Notes: generated by a model not told the origin, from the sequence alone. 64,000 nt of DNA from Camelus ferus (GCF_009834535.1 NC_045707.1:59336001-59400000), one strand, 5' to 3'. Counted from the first letter of the stretch, positions 13,280-27,149 are shown. Numbers and translations: made by a program.

Positions 13280-14310
13280 ATCCATTCATATATTCATTCA
13301 TTCATCTGACAATATTTATTGATACTATGTTAATTCATAGGTATTCTTCTGTTTACTGAGAATGGAGTAATATCCAAGGACAGAAACACTGACAGAAACC
13401 TAACCCCAGAGAAATTCCATGTAGAGGAGGAAGACAGAAAATACATAAGTTGACAAAGAAAATGATAATTTCCTAAGTACTCTGAATGAAAATAAAATGT
13501 GATGCTATAATGCTGTGTCTAAGGTAGGAGAGAAACTACTTCTGAGTAATTTAGAGTAACTATTCTCAAGTAGTATACAAGAAAAGATTTTCTAAGAAAG
13601 TAACATTTGAGTTGTGATAGGAATGATGAATAAGAGCTAGTCAAGCAAAAGCTAAGTAGAAGTACTCCATGCAGAAATTGGAGGGAGGAAAAAACTTTCC
13701 TCTCCCCTTCTAGATTCCTCTGGCTGGTCTAAGAATTAAATGGACATGAGACAGATTAAGAGGAGAAAATCAAACAAAAATTTAACAGCATGTCTACATG
13801 GGAGAGACCCAGGAGAACTGAGTAACTTAACAAAATGTCCAATACCCTCACCTTAAATACTATCTTCAGCTAAAGACAGAAGAGGATGTTGGCGATAGTG
13901 GTATGGGACCCCAAAGGGGAGGAAGACCATTGACATGGAGATGGAAAAACAAATGTTTGGTAATCAAATGTTTGCTAGGTCATGCAGAGACAATGGGACA
14001 TAGAGAGAAATTTTAACAAATAGGCTTTGCTAGGTTCGTCCCTGTTTACACACTTAGTTCACAGTATAGTTATATCCAGCAGTAGCCCCTTACTGGAACA
14101 GGTCTTCTGTCTATGTTCTTTAAGGCAGCTGAGGGAAGGTCAAAGGTTCTTCCTGAGTCTTTTGGGCCTTCAAAATAGTCAGCCTAAATTAATTCTCATG
14201 CCAAAGAGACACATTTTGGGGTGGCAAATTTTGCTTCCCAGCAAAGGCAAGGGCTTGAGATTGCAACACAATTGAAGAGTTCAGGACCTAAAGAAAGTTC
14301 AATGTGGTAT
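13280..14310 (-). mobile_element. L2 LINE 3' fragment hosting an ERV1 LTR
   Basis: Antisense L2 tail 'cattcattcatctgacaatatttattga'. 'acatttgagttgtga' precedes the LTR and 'gcaaaggcaagggcttgaga' follows it. Confidence 0.65.
13679..14243 (-). mobile_element. ERV1 solo LTR, MER34-related (same family as 2409-2958)
   Basis: The reverse complement begins 'tgctgggaagcaaaatttgccaccccaaaatgtgtctctttggcatgag' and is colinear with 2409-2958. The TSD is not clean. Confidence 0.85.
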
Positions 14311-17300
14311 CATTTTTTTCCTTTCTTACATGCCATAGTTTAAAATTTTGCAAAGAAAAAAGGACTCAGTATACTCAAAGGTGTTGAGGAAACAAGAGCC
14401 TAACTTTCTTGTTTGAGGAGAGTAGACTATTTCAAATTTTGAAATTGATATATCCAAAACTTTGGGGAATGACCACTTTTACATCAACCATTATTTTGGA
14501 AGTGAATTCTGGGCTTGGTCTTAGCTAAGTGACCTGAGGCCAAGTTCACAGGCCACACAGTTAATATTTTCATTTTAAGTGGTGTTACATGCATTAGCAC
14601 ATGTGAACCTCAGAAAAAAATCTATGTGGTAGAAATAATTCCATTTAAAATGTGTCATGAAGTGTTGGTCATAGTTCTTAAAGACTTGAATTAAGAATAT
14701 TAAATCCAAAAGCACTAAGCTTCTAAAAAACCCACTCTTGTGTGTGTATATTCTTATTCTCTCCATTTCTGTTGCACAACTCACTAATTTATTTTTCCTT
14801 TGGAATGCCTTGCATCCTTTTTTTTTTTTTTTTAGTCCAACTGTAACTCTCTGATTTTTAATCACTGTATGTTCATTTCCATTTTTTAATGCCTTTTCAT
14901 CTGTCTCTCTCTGACTAAATCCTACTTATCTTTCAAAGCCCAGCTCAAAAGCTCTCCTTACCTTGATGTTCTTCCTAAGATCTATGAAAGGAAAAAACAT
15001 ATTATGTCTCTTTGACACTTAGCACTTTAGGTATCAGGTTCCTTTCTACATGAGATTGTTTTTGAGGCAGGGAATTTGAATTTTCTAGCTGTGCGTATCT
15101 CACAACACTTGGCAAAATGCCTGTGCGAAACAAATACTTGTAAAGCTGGTAGACCTGGGGCGGGTGGGGGGCGGTGAAATCAGTTCTCCATCCCACACTT
15201 CTCATGCAAAGTGGGGAGAAGGCACAACTTGGGAGAGAAAAATGTATGGAGGAACGTGGATGCCTCTCTCTCCTTTCCAAGGAGAGGTGATGTATCTGAT
15301 TGGTTAATTAGGAGGAAGACCTGGCTCCTGTATTTCTTGCCAGAAGGTTTGCCTCAAGACGCTTGCTTCCTCTGCTTCTGAAAGTGGAGGCTCTGAATCT
15401 GCCAAGGGGAGATGACCACATTTCTGCGTGTATGGATTTTATCCTGAAGGAACGATCTCAGGAAGCCTGACTGCTGCTACATATCTGAAATATATTTTCC
15501 AAATCAGTTTATGCATAATAACACTGTAGTATTTTCATCTCCATCTCTCTGACTCTTTTTCTATCTTAAAAAAAATATAAATAAATAAGACAACTTAATA
15601 AGTACTTGAGGAATGAATGAAGAGAAAGAAATGTACACCAGGTAGAGGTTGATAACCACCCACCTCTCTAAGCCTTCTCTTTGGGTTTATTAAGTCACTA
15701 CTCCTGGAAGATTCACCAAATAAAACAAGAGAGTAAGTCTGTATCTTGTGTAGAATTCCCTCACCTGGCAGCCAAGGCAGCCCAACAATGTGGCAACATT
15801 ATATTTTAACTTAAAAAATTTTTTTCCAAATAAATACCCTCTGAATTTTAAAGAATAGAGGTCTGAATGCTAACGATCTTCTCAACCAACATTAATGTGA
15901 AGTTATATCGGATAGAATACTGTATATACATAAAAAGGCAAGTTTTGTGCGTTACTAATTAACCAGCTATCCTCATTTATTTCAATACAACTTTGTGTGC
16001 CTGAAGACCGATGTTTTAGAAGGCTGGAACTTTAAATTCTCAAAAAGGTGAAATAATAGTAAATATTCCATGATTAAATAATTGTTACATAGGAAATTAG
16101 TATCTAATATTCTTCCATATAAACCAGAAATGATGCACAACTAACACTTCCCCTGCCCCTTATGAGGTTTATACCATCCTTTAACTCATTAAGAAAGGCT
16201 AATTGGATTTGGAGAAAAAAATTAAGAGAGAAATATTTAATATCATCAAAATCAGTTATTGATGAAAACCCACATAATAATTCTCAATGTTAATGCAGTG
16301 ATGAAAAACAGCTCGACCAAGAAAATTTCCTGCATCCCTTCTAGGTTTAAACAGCACATTTCTAAAATAAAGACCATGAGTCACAGCAAAGAACTAGAAA
16401 CCTGAATTCAGCAGCAAAGCAAAACTCAAGTGAAAATCACTTTGCCTTTTTAAAGTAGTGACTTTTAAAACTTTTCCTCTGATTCTCTTAAAGATTTGAT
16501 GAGTGTTTCTTTTCCAGAGTGGTCACGTCTCCCTCTGTAATAAGCACCAGATAGCTTCTTGGGAAGCAATATCATTCTGTTAGAAGACAGCAATTACCTA
16601 ACAATTTAACCGTCACTGAAAAAAATTTAAAAAATACAAAATTCACTCCATTCAACACAATACTCTCTTATTCCTTGCAGGACTTTAATTTAGATTGTAA
16701 TTCACGTATCCCACCCTTGAGAACTTTTCCATTTACCTCGCCATGAATTTGACATTTCGATTTGAATCCACTGGAAGAGAACTGAAGCTTAGGCCATATG
16801 GCTGGGAGCAATTACGGGGTTAACCACCCGTACACAGGCTCACCCCTTAACAATTTCCAACAATGTCTGGGTTGGAAACGCCACATCACAGAGATTATTC
16901 TGTTGAAGCCAGGCCTCCCTCCGCTGTGATCTCACCATCTAATTACATTTTTTTCACAAGTTTAAAAAAAGACAGCGCTTGTTAGGTGAAAGAAACACCA
17001 AATTTTTCTGAATCTAAAAATACCATTATCAAAGAAGAGGAAGTTCATAGTTGTTAGCCGCTTGCCAGTGCAGGAATGCCACGCCGCACTAAAATATGAC
17101 CTCGCAACCAAGAATCAGTGATTCTCTCATAAACCCCTACACCGTCACATGCTTTGAGTGCAAATCGTTACCCACCTAGACATCTGTTAGCACTCACCCC
17201 CCTCCCCACCCCCAGCGCAGTCTTAGAGGAGAGAGAGATTGTGGCAGCTTTGGGTAAGAAAATGTTGGTCTGAAATGTATCACATTTAAATGAATTTCCT

Positions 17301-17612
17301 AAGGTGGAGAACTCAGAATTAAGAATCTCTCTCCCACTCACCCATCTGTACTGTACTCCATATGATCTAGGCTTAACTCTTCCCCGATCCTGTCCACACA
17401 GGAAGAGACTCAGGAGTGTGCTCTGACCTGGCTCACCCATGAGTTTGCACCCTCCTCCATAACAGACAGTCCCAAGGCACGAATGTTTCATGCCGTTCTC
17501 TTTACCTTTCCAGCATCTGCTTGACAAAAGCAGCCCTTTTATTCTGCCAGTAACACTACCAACGTTTTTTTGTTCTAAACAAGGATCTACTTTTTTTTTT
17601 TACCCATTACCT

Positions 17613-18100
17613 TGGCGATGGAACTAATCAATAAACAATCTCTAATAGGAATAGGAAAGAGTTTCAAGTGAGCCACACTGAGGACTAGAGCCCCGGAGAC
17701 AGTCTCTCAGTTAACACGGAAGAACTGCTCTGGAGAAGCATGGTTTTCAGTACAGTTTTATATCTTGTTAGAACAAATAACATCAAACAAGTCAGGGACA
17801 CATCACTTCAAGGTTTTAAAAAAACAGATCAGCACCTACACAGTGAGTCAGGGTGGCCTTGGCGCCTGGGAAGGGAGTCTTATCATTGAAGGAGTCATAG
17901 CATTGGCATCCCAGGAAGGGAGGCATTCAGTATTTTTAATTCTGGTCAGTTCACTCTTTTCTTTAATAATTAAAGCAGATGCACAATATATGTCTGATAA
18001 GCCAAGAACAGTCTGGTTTCATTAGCATAATATTCCAGTTAGATATGTATAAGCTAGAATGACTTCCTCATGTCTCAATATGTGAATATTTCTTTCATTA
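17613..18100 (-). mobile_element. ERV1 solo LTR (MER41-like, artiodactyl type)
   Basis: TSD ACCT at 17609-17612 and 18101-18104. 'gagccacactgaggactagagccccggagacagtctctcag...gaactgctctggaga' is shared with the antisense end of the LTR at 49104. Confidence 0.8.
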
Positions 18101-19019
18101 ACCTACAAACTGAATTACTGCATGTTTTGAAAATATGAAAAAAAATCTTAATACTTTCCTAGACTTAGTCTTTCAGCCTTATTTAAAAAAAATTATGACA
18201 TATTCTGGCAATTACTCATGCCATGAATACAAGATAAGATTGAATATTTAGGAAAAAATTGTAAGACTAAATGAAAGTAAATAAATGTGTTTTATTTGGG
18301 GGAGGATATTTTTTCATTCTTTTGGTTGCCCTTTCATATGGAGGGGACTCCAGTAAGATAACATTTCTAGCCTTTCTCTGTCCACTCACTCACTCTCCCC
18401 AAGGTATGAATATTACTTACAGTGGTGATTTTGCATTGAAAAACTGAGGAGCCTCATCACTCCCCATTTTCTTTTTCTTTAGAGCCCGGGTTTTTGCAGG
18501 AAAGACATTTTGCTTTGCTTTTCTATGCTTGGACCCTAAGCATGAAGCCCTGGCCCCAGAGCCAGGGTGCCCTGTGGCTGGGTCTCTATAATCCCCTGGC
18601 TCTGTATGAGGACATCCCACCTTCCTACAGATATAATCCACCATTTGCCATGTTAGTACCGCCAATAATACTGCTTTATCCTTTCGTTTTATACCTCAGC
18701 TGTTCAGAACTCCAGGTAGAGAATTGACCATTTGTTTCTTAGGCTTTCCAAACCCCAGCATGTCTGAAGAAATTATATTTTACTGAATTCATTTACTGCT
18801 AAATAGAAGACATAAATGCAAAGTTCATTACTATATGTTTGGAATAGTCAAGGAACTTGAAAGAAAATCATTCTTTCCTCATGTTTGTTTTCTGACCTGC
18901 CAGCCAATCATACAAGTGTTTTAGCATAAACAATTATCTGAACCTAGTCAAATGCATACCAGGACATGAGTATTAGCAAAAGTTAATTTTATTAATTTCA
19001 GATCAATAACTTAATGTGA

Positions 19020-19280
19020 GGTAATAATAGTTAACATACTAGTCAAATGATAATTAGTACCTCATACTCTTGGGCACTATGTGATAATAATTCTACTGAA
19101 AACATTTTGTTTTAATTAATCTTCAAAACAGCCCTAAGAGAAACATTATTATTTTCTCCATTTAAAAAGAGTAAAAATTCAAGCTTAGAAAACCTGCTTG
19201 AGGACATAGAACTCTTTTCACAACCGAAATCTACGTCTATTTGACCTAAAAGTCCACAACTCCAAAATCATGATATATTG
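19020..19280 (-). mobile_element. MIR SINE, degenerate
   Basis: 'tttaattaatcttcaaaacagccctaagagaaacattattattttctccattt' matches the antisense MIR core. Confidence 0.55.
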
Positions 19281-20368
19281 TCACCAAATTGTATTTTCCA
19301 GAATGTTCTTGTTAAACCAGAGAAACCATCTGGAAAATAAATTGTTTAATTCGACTTGTACTTGCTGCTCAATTCTCAACAATATGCAAAAACATACACA
19401 CATTAGTCAAGGATACGGCACCTGAAAAGCTCATAAATTTTATTAGGAACCCATTGTCTTTAAACACAAGACTTGCCTGAAAGATCATATATAAAATGAC
19501 AGTTCTTAAGGTTTTAAAGAACAGAGATATGGAGAGACTGTTTCAGTAAACAAAGGTTGATACTAAGGATACATTCAGGGGAAAGTAAAAACTAACAGAA
19601 AGAGGAAGTAGTCCCAACTGCCACACAGGCAAATCTCACAGCGAAGTGCGATGCTGCTCAGTGTTTAAAAACAGCTCCAGCAGCACCTCCATTAACTCAA
19701 ACACCTTCCGCTCTGCCGTTATGGCAACTCGAACAGCTCCCTTTCTGTTTGTCTCTCCACAAGCTTTTTTCCTATCCGGCACCTGGCTGCCTGTGCTTTT
19801 CCTCATGATTTCTGTTTCCTCTAGACATCAGTGGCCTCATGGCTTTCATTACAGACGAGCCCAACTTACATCATGGGCTTATTGACTTGTTAAGAGTCAA
19901 GCCGTCAGCAGTTGATGGATTATCATCTTCATGCTTTTGATTTCATCTTACTCTAATGGTATATATACCAAGCAGACTTCCTTGGATTCATCCTGAAACC
20001 TCTCCCTCTCCTTCTCATTATGTTTAATACTAATTATTCCAAAGAAAGGCAATGCCATGTCCTTACTTGGTTTAGAGGCATATAGATTGGAGCTACTTAT
20101 TTATTTATTTTTTACTCCAGCGTCAGCCCATCAATTTTTCGCCATTTTGCTTTTAATCATCACTGATGAGGTTGCCAGTCAACTAGTGTAACATACATCA
20201 GGATTAATATCCAGCACAACTATACAGTTGTCAATGTTTTTTAATCACCATTGCATTATAAAATTGAGAGGTACAAATTGAGCCATTTTAGTCAAAACTG
20301 TAGTTTCTTTCCTCTGTAGACATATTTCCCTTCATCGCTTCTTCCAGTGATGCATCCCACTTTCCTAC

Positions 20369-20888
20369 TGGGGAGAGGGGAAGTTTCTCCCTCTTGAGTT
20401 CTTATAGCTAAACTAGTAATGAAACTGACACCGGACAGATCAACAGGAGAGAAAGAAACAAATTTTAATTCACGTGCATGGGAGTCCCATAGAAATAGAA
20501 CCTAGGAAGTCACCAAGTAGATAGCTTTTATACTTTTTAGACAAAGTAACAATAAATTTGTGAGGAATGGACAAAACAAAGCAACTTAGGTTTTGGATGC
20601 TCAATTAGTGAAGAACCTAAAAAGAGTTTGGGTTTGGAGCAATAAATTACAGAAATAACAAGATTGCTTATATATGGTTCTCAGCCCCAAATTCCCTATC
20701 TTTGGCAAAAAGGGCTTCCTTTTACTTCTACATGCAGGGAGTACATACACCCTTCACATGAGAAATTTATTTCCTACTTTCAGGGAGACACAAAGGAGAG
20801 CCAGAGTGTCCCTCTTGAGATGGCCATTTTTAAGTAAGTTTAACCCAAAATAATCAAAACGTCACTGAGGCACACTTGGGCCCCAACA
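20369..20888 (-). mobile_element. ERV1 solo LTR (MER34/MER39 group)
   Basis: TG...CA ends. The left end 'gggaagtttctccctc...gaaactgacaccggacagatcaacaggagag' resembles the end of the 13679 LTR. Confidence 0.75.
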
Positions 20889-21200
20889 CTGTCTGTAGAC
20901 ATAGTTCTTAACCACAGTGTCCCTTGCCCCAGAGCACACTGAGTGGTCCCCAAATGGGTTCATGACCCAAACCGAATTAATCAAAGACTTTTCCCAGATT
21001 TCATGGAACTAACAGTTCATCTTTAGAAAAATTCTCTAATGATGTGATTCCAAAGTTGTTCAGCCATCACTGTTTTTACCACAGGGAAGAAATCTGTCTA
21101 CCATAGGAGAAAACAGGACCAAAGAGAGACAAATATAGTGAGACAGAAGGACAGAAAGAGCTCTGCTTGCGACCAAGCCCCAGTTTTATTCCTCCAAGAA

Positions 21201-21732
21201 CAGCACCGAGAACTGCCCAAGTCCTGAATTTGGAATCACAGAACCAGCCCGAATTGACTCTGTCTTGTTTCTAACAAGATACTGAGTTGTTTTTCAGAGA
21301 CAACAGAACAAAACTGCAAGTCATGCAGCCAAAGCATGTGCAGAGGAAAAAGTTTTGACCCCAAACAACAATCAGGACCAAATTTTCAGGGAATCAAAAG
21401 ACCAGAACATGATTGGAACCTGAACGTAGGAATACTTTCAGAAGTAAAGGGTCCGTTGTCCAGGAAGATGTGGTTCTGAAGCCTCTTTAATATATCCTAC
21501 CGTAAAGGGTCAAGTCCAGAAGCCTTCAGTCCAAAGCTGCCCTGTCAGTGCCTCCACATACCAACCCTCCTCTCCCAACTCGTAAAAGCTTGACCGAATG
21601 TCAGATTGGGGACAGATTTGACCTATGCCTCTTGTCACATTGCCAGTCAACCCTGCAATAAAGCTCTATCTTTTACCAAAAGCCAGAGCCATAGTATTGG
21701 TTTTCAAGCATGTGGGCAGTGAGTCCATAACA
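21201..21732 (+). mobile_element. ERV1 solo LTR, degenerate
   Basis: AATAAA at 21657-21662, then 'aaaagccagagccatagtattgg...gggcagtgagtccataaca', a typical ERV1 R-U5 end. The 5' boundary is approximate. Confidence 0.65.
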
Positions 21733-21859
21733 AAGTTGTCTCTTCATTATGTGAGCTACTCCAGTACCCTTCCAATAAATCTTCTTTATTGCTTAAACTA
21801 ATTCCAGTTGGGTTCCTAACACTTGCAACTCGAAAAGTCGTGACATAGCATCCCCATAA

Positions 21860-22510
21860 GGCCATCACACATCTGTGCTCCCTAATGCAGAAGCCCCCGA
21901 CTGTGTCTCTCAATCACTGTCAAATATAAAGCACTGTTTAACAGACTTTTCATGTAAGGCTACTTGAAAGTGCCTCTAACTCACCATGTGTGATGCAAAT
22001 TCCTTCTTTATCCCCCAATTACTTTTCCTATATAATTTCCTATGTGTATCAGGGATACGATTTTTCCCACACTTAAAAAGCTAAAAAAAAACCTTACCAA
22101 AGTCTCGTCCTTTAAATCTCACTTCATTGTTATCTGTTTTCTTCATTAGCCCTTAAATTTCTCACTTCTTGTCCATCTTCTCTAGAATTGCTGTTCAGAT
22201 TTTCATGCAAATCTGTGTATTTGATTTCTATCTCCCATGTCTTCTACATTCCATTTCCTCAGTAATCTATTTAAAATCCCATTTTGAGTAGCACTGCTCA
22301 ACAACTTCAGGTGAAGTTTAAAAATCTATAGGATAAACTAAACTTTTGAGCCTGAAATTCAGGCTATTTTTGTACCCTACACCAACCATTTCTATCTAAA
22401 CTTTCATTGTTTTCTTTCAGAAATCCCACAATAATCTATATAACTTTCTCCAGTCACATATTACGTTTCTACCTCTGCACCATTTATTTTGCCTAGAACG
22501 CCTTCCCTAT
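21860..22510 (+). mobile_element. L2 LINE fragment
   Basis: L2 motifs 'tctataggataaactaaacttttgagcctgaaattcaggc' and 'ttttgcctagaacgccttccc'. Confidence 0.5.
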
Positions 22511-23054
22511 TTTCATCTTATTTTCGAAGCTTTGTCAAGCCCAGGCATTTTTTGCTCCTTGGAGAATGTGTATGCCTTGAGGCTAGATAAACTAATCAAG
22601 AGGTATTGCAACTAAGCATGATGAGGGAGGAGAAAAACATCCAGATAAATATGTAAATCCATTTACTATGCAAAACAGTAGCTATAACATGGCGAGAAGG
22701 AAAACACTGTGGGTGGTGCCAGGGAGTCAGGAGAAAACACGGGGCCCAGGAACCAGTATAACCCCAAATGCACTTTCAACCTCAAATGCAAATATGTATC
22801 ATTGTGCAGGTCCCAAGTCACGTAAATTTTAAATTTTAAGAGAAAAAGATTGAAGTCAATTTGTAGACTCGGTAGACTTTTGCTAAGAGGGGAATACAGT
22901 GTTAGAAGGGCAAAAGAGATAGTCCTACTAAGAGATGAAAGAGAAGTGGCATCATTTTATGTCCCCCTAGAAAACCAGGACCCTAAGAGCTAAGGATTAT
23001 CCTAGAAAGTAATTTTTTTTAAAGAACAATGATTAACAGATGAGATTTTGCTAT

Positions 23055-23129
23055 GGGGTTAGAATTTGGATTAGAGTTAGGTTAGTGTTAGAGTTAGGGG
23101 TAAACTAAGGGATAAAATTAGGATTAGGG
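23055..23129 (+). repeat. Degenerate telomere-like (TTAGGG)n tract
   Basis: 'ggggttagaatttggattagagttaggttagtgttagagttaggggtaaactaagggataaaattaggattaggg', with roughly 6-bp periodic TTAG units. Confidence 0.6.
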
Positions 23130-23449
23130 CCACCAAATGGGGAATAAGAAAATTCCTCAGAAGCAAGACTTAGTAGTATGTTGAGAGAATTATTTGACTC
23201 AAAAACAGAGTGTCTGACAAGTACTATATTAGCTTTGCTGAAAACTGAAACTCCCAGAGAGAAGAATTAACTAAGGGAAATCATTTAGTACCTAGTCACG
23301 ACCATGAGGAGGATAGAATGGTAGAATGAGTAAGATGTAAAATGTGAAAAAGGATATTAAAATACCATGAATATGTTAACCCAAAGAAAGCATGGCTAAG
23401 CACAATATGCTTTGAGGTAAAAAGCACAATTAAGAGGAAAAAAAAAATG

Positions 23450-24010
23450 TTCTCTACATAATAATAAAAATAATACTTAACAGAAAAATAGAACAATTTA
23501 AAATCAGCATGTACTTAAGAACCCATCTCAGAATATAATTGAGATGATTATCTGGAGAAATTAAAAATTCTACTACCAGATTGGGAAATTTTTTAAAAAT
23601 CTGCATATCTCCAGTAATTGTAATGTTTAGCAAATAGTCAATAAGAATGTAAAAGATTTTAACATACAAATTAACGAATTTGATAAGATGATCCATGTAT
23701 AGAACCATGTATGCCAAGATTACAGACTACACAATGTTTCAAATTCACATGATGTATTTACAAAAAACTTATCGAGCATCAAGCAATAAAACAAATTTCA
23801 AATACCAGAAAATAGGTAACATATAGAACACATTCTTAATGATAAAGCACTTTATTTAGAGATAGATCATTTTTTAAATAACTTAAGAAGAAACACACCT
23901 AAAAAGTTTAAAAAGCATTTCTAAGTGAGTCAAATCAAAAAAATAATAGAAATAAAAATTAGTTTAAAATATTCAACTGTGAAAATGCCACATGTTAAAA
24001 CTTGTGAAAC
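23450..24010 (+). mobile_element. Ancient L1 ORF2 (endonuclease-region) relic
   Basis: 'agtcaataagaatgtaaaagattttaacatacaaattaacgaatttgat...tatagaacc' and 'catatagaacacattct' resemble degenerate L1 ORF2 5' sequence. Confidence 0.55.
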
Positions 24011-24086
24011 AGGCTTTTTTTCCCTGATTCATGTGAATTTCAGGACACGCAGAAGAAAAGCAACTCTTGATTAGAATAAATAATGA

Positions 24087-24584
24087 TGCGAACAAAAAAT
24101 ACTGCAAACCATATCAGTAAACAAAGAATGCTGAAACCATCAAGTCATCAGCAGCTGCGGCCACCCCCCAGTGAAGACAAGCCTGCAGCCCAGCCTCTGC
24201 AGCCACTCACAGTGGTGCCCTCTGAGGGACTCAGAATAAGAAAGGACAGGATACTGGCCCTAGATAGCTAGGTGCTTGTCAAAGGAATGAATTCAATGAG
24301 CCCAAATGTTTGCTTCCTCCCATACATAGAAAAGCACTAAATTCTTTAACTAGAGATGCCTGGTTTTCTTTAGTTAACCAAGTAATCTTTTATGGTTCCA
24401 ACTACCCGGTCTTTGTTATAAAGCTCCTGTATATCCTAGCTCTTCCCCTACCTCTTCGGAGCAGTCCCTCAGAGCGATCTGAGAGGCTGTCATCCCGGGC
24501 TCGAAGGGGTTCGAGTCCTCAGAAATGTCCGCCAAATAAAACTTAACTCTCAACTTTAAGGCTGTGCGTTTATTTCAGTCAACA
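24087..24584 (+). mobile_element. ERV1 solo LTR (relatively young, CpG-retaining, MER41-like)
   Basis: TG...CA ends and TSD ATGA (24083-24086, 24585-24588). AATAAA at 24535-24540. Highly similar to the reverse complement of 49104-49575. Confidence 0.9.
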
Positions 24585-24734
24585 ATGACAAAACATTTTT
24601 CACTCCTCAAAAAGTAATCTGATTTCTTTGGATTTCCAGTAAAGGTTTAATTTTACTTTGAGTTCCCTATAAATGTGGGTGAACACAAAAACGTCGCCTA
24701 ATATTTGCATTCAATGAAATAACTTTCTAATAAT

Positions 24735-24985
24735 AAATTCCACTTACAAGGCTTACTATGTATGTGCCAAGCTGAATTCTGTGTGTTCTTTGTGTATTAA
24801 CTCATGTAATACTAAAGGTAAATCCACAAGTTTGAGTGTTTTTAAACATCTCATTTTTACATATGAGAAAATGTGAAGTATAGACAGGTGACTTACCCAA
24901 GTTCACACAGCTTTGTAAGATTCTCAAACAGGATCTAAATTCAAGCAGCCCGAACTCCACAGTCTACACTCTTAATCATCCTCCA
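24735..24985 (-). mobile_element. MIR SINE
   Basis: 'ctcattttacatatgagaaaatgtgaag...gtgacttacccaagttcacacagct...cactcttaatcat'. Confidence 0.7.
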
Positions 24986-25014
24986 TGTACAACTGATCTC
25001 TTGTAAGCTCGATT

Positions 25015-25180
25015 GTTTCCCAAATTTCAGCAGTTGAGAGGTCACCAGGAAGACTTGTTAAAACACAAATTCTCGCCCAACCCCCAGAGACTCTTTAAGT
25101 GAGATAATTTGCATTTCTGAAAAACAAAAGGCTTCCAGGTGGAGTGAGTACCGTTGATGACCTTCAAGCCACGGGATAGA
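25015..25180. mobile_element. MER5A-like hAT-Charlie MITE
   Basis: 'caccaggaagacttgttaaaacacaaattctcgcccaacccccagagactct...aatttgcatttctg'. Confidence 0.55.
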
Positions 25181-27149
25181 CCGTGTTGGTGGGGGGGTGG
25201 GAGTGGGGGGAGGTGGGTTAAAATCATCTCGCTAAAGAAAAGACCATTAAGACAGGAGAAACTATCAACCCAGTGCAGTAAGTTATAATCCAACTGTAAG
25301 ATGGCAAAATGGAATAAAGCCCTTTAAATCCTATGATTCAATAGAAACCCTTTCCTAAATCAACGTGCTTTAATGCTTAGAGACAACCCAAACGTAAGAA
25401 TTTAAAAAGCATTCTTTGCCTCTCAAAACGCAGAGAAAAACAGTGCACCCTAGGAAGACTTTTCTTACGATCGTCCTACAGTGAAAAGGAGGTTAACAAG
25501 ACAGTAAGCCTCCAAGCTCCTGAAATCTGTTGGGGTTAACAGCTAAACTGTCCCCCATTAGCTGGTGGATACAAACTCAAGAACGAATATTTCAGCCAAG
25601 ACTGAGTTCAGCTCAGGAAATAAGATGGGCGTTTTATATTAGAAACTCCTCACACATATTTTTGTTTCTAAAAGAGGGAGTTAATTTGAGGGAAGCATGC
25701 AAATCGTAGCCCCCGGGACAGAGTGGGGGAGGTTGCTCGGAGCAAAGCCAGAGCGTTGCATTAGTTAGGTTCTCCTGGGCTCAGGCTATCTGCAGAAACA
25801 CAGCTGCTCGTATTTAAGGGCCAATTAAAGACATTACTGGCTTTAGTCACTTTCTTGCACAAGAACATTCTACGTAAGTACTTAGAAAGTAGATCACCTG
25901 AATATTCTATTTAAGGAGGGGGCCAGCATATGCTGAGGGTCTTTTAACGTAAGAAGCAAATATTGGGGAACTTTTTCAAATAAAAATGGCAATACAGGTT
26001 GGATAAGGCACCTCTTTACCAAATGTCAGCTGGATGTGTCCTGAAATGGCTAACTTGTCAGTCTTCCCGCAGTAAACCACACTTGAGAACTTGAAGGGTC
26101 GTGACTTCAAGATAGAGAATTTTCTGGTATTCTTTGTCTTTTTCTTACTGCCATGTCTTGGCACACAGTGATTTCTCAGAAATTAAAGTTTGTTCATGGT
26201 TGCTTCTGCTTTGGGAAAGAACATCATTCAAGACCCATATTTCCCATCTTTACAGATACAGTTAAAAACAATCTTGATCTTTCTGCCAGTTGAAAATAAA
26301 AAGGGGTGGGGGGGTGAAATACAAGCATTAATTCATGCCAGTTCATACTGTATTTCCAGTATGTAGTCTTAAAATGCTACCAGGTATCAAACCTGAGGAA
26401 CGAGCCCTGCTTTGGGAAACAAATGGAGGCATATACAAAATGCTTATAAATTACATTAGTGAATATTGATTACTATAAGTGCATATCTCACAAGAGGTCT
26501 ATGAAAAAATTAATGCTGCCGGTCAAAGGGGCTTAATGCAGTTACGGACCTAGAGATTGTCTGCCAAGTCTTTTTCTGCTCTGTTCCTTAGACAGTTCAG
26601 AATGTACCCAGATGATTCAGTTCATAATCCAATGCCAAGCCCAGGAGATGCTGTCATTCTTCTAGGTGAAATCTGTTTTTATTTGTCTCTTGTAGCTGAG
26701 CCTGTGAGCACCATCAGGAGAGGAGAAAATGCCTGATTAGATATTATTTGTGTTTACTGCCGTGCCTTAATTGTCTTCAAACTGCTATACGAGACGATCC
26801 ATTTTCAATCTTTACATCTGGGACTTCAGCAAGGATATGTTTTGAAGGCCCCTGTGATATTCAGGACAAATTTTATTTGGAGTCTATAGGAGAGATTTAC
26901 ATCCAAGAGGGGAAAGGTTTTAAGGTGGCTTTTGAAGGCTTCTTTGCCCCCTTGTAGCTACTTTAAATTATGGCAAAAAGTAAACACACTCAATGTCCAG
27001 GAAGTTTCAAGCATGACTTAGATGCATATTTCTTGCATCGGTGCTGGAGAAGAGAACCCTGAGACGTATCCAGGGACTTCAGCAGGGGCATCTCACCTGG
27101 TGACGAGGGGCGGTTCTTCTCAGGAACTCTCTTTCTATATACTGCGGAC

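Larger units (their letters stand above)
20320..21850 (+). mobile_element. MaLR MLT1-type LTR carrying two nested ERV1 LTRs
   Basis: 'gggttcatgacccaaaccgaattaatcaaaga' and the 3' end 'caataaatcttctttattgcttaaactaattccagttgggtt...cacttgcaact'. Confidence 0.55.
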
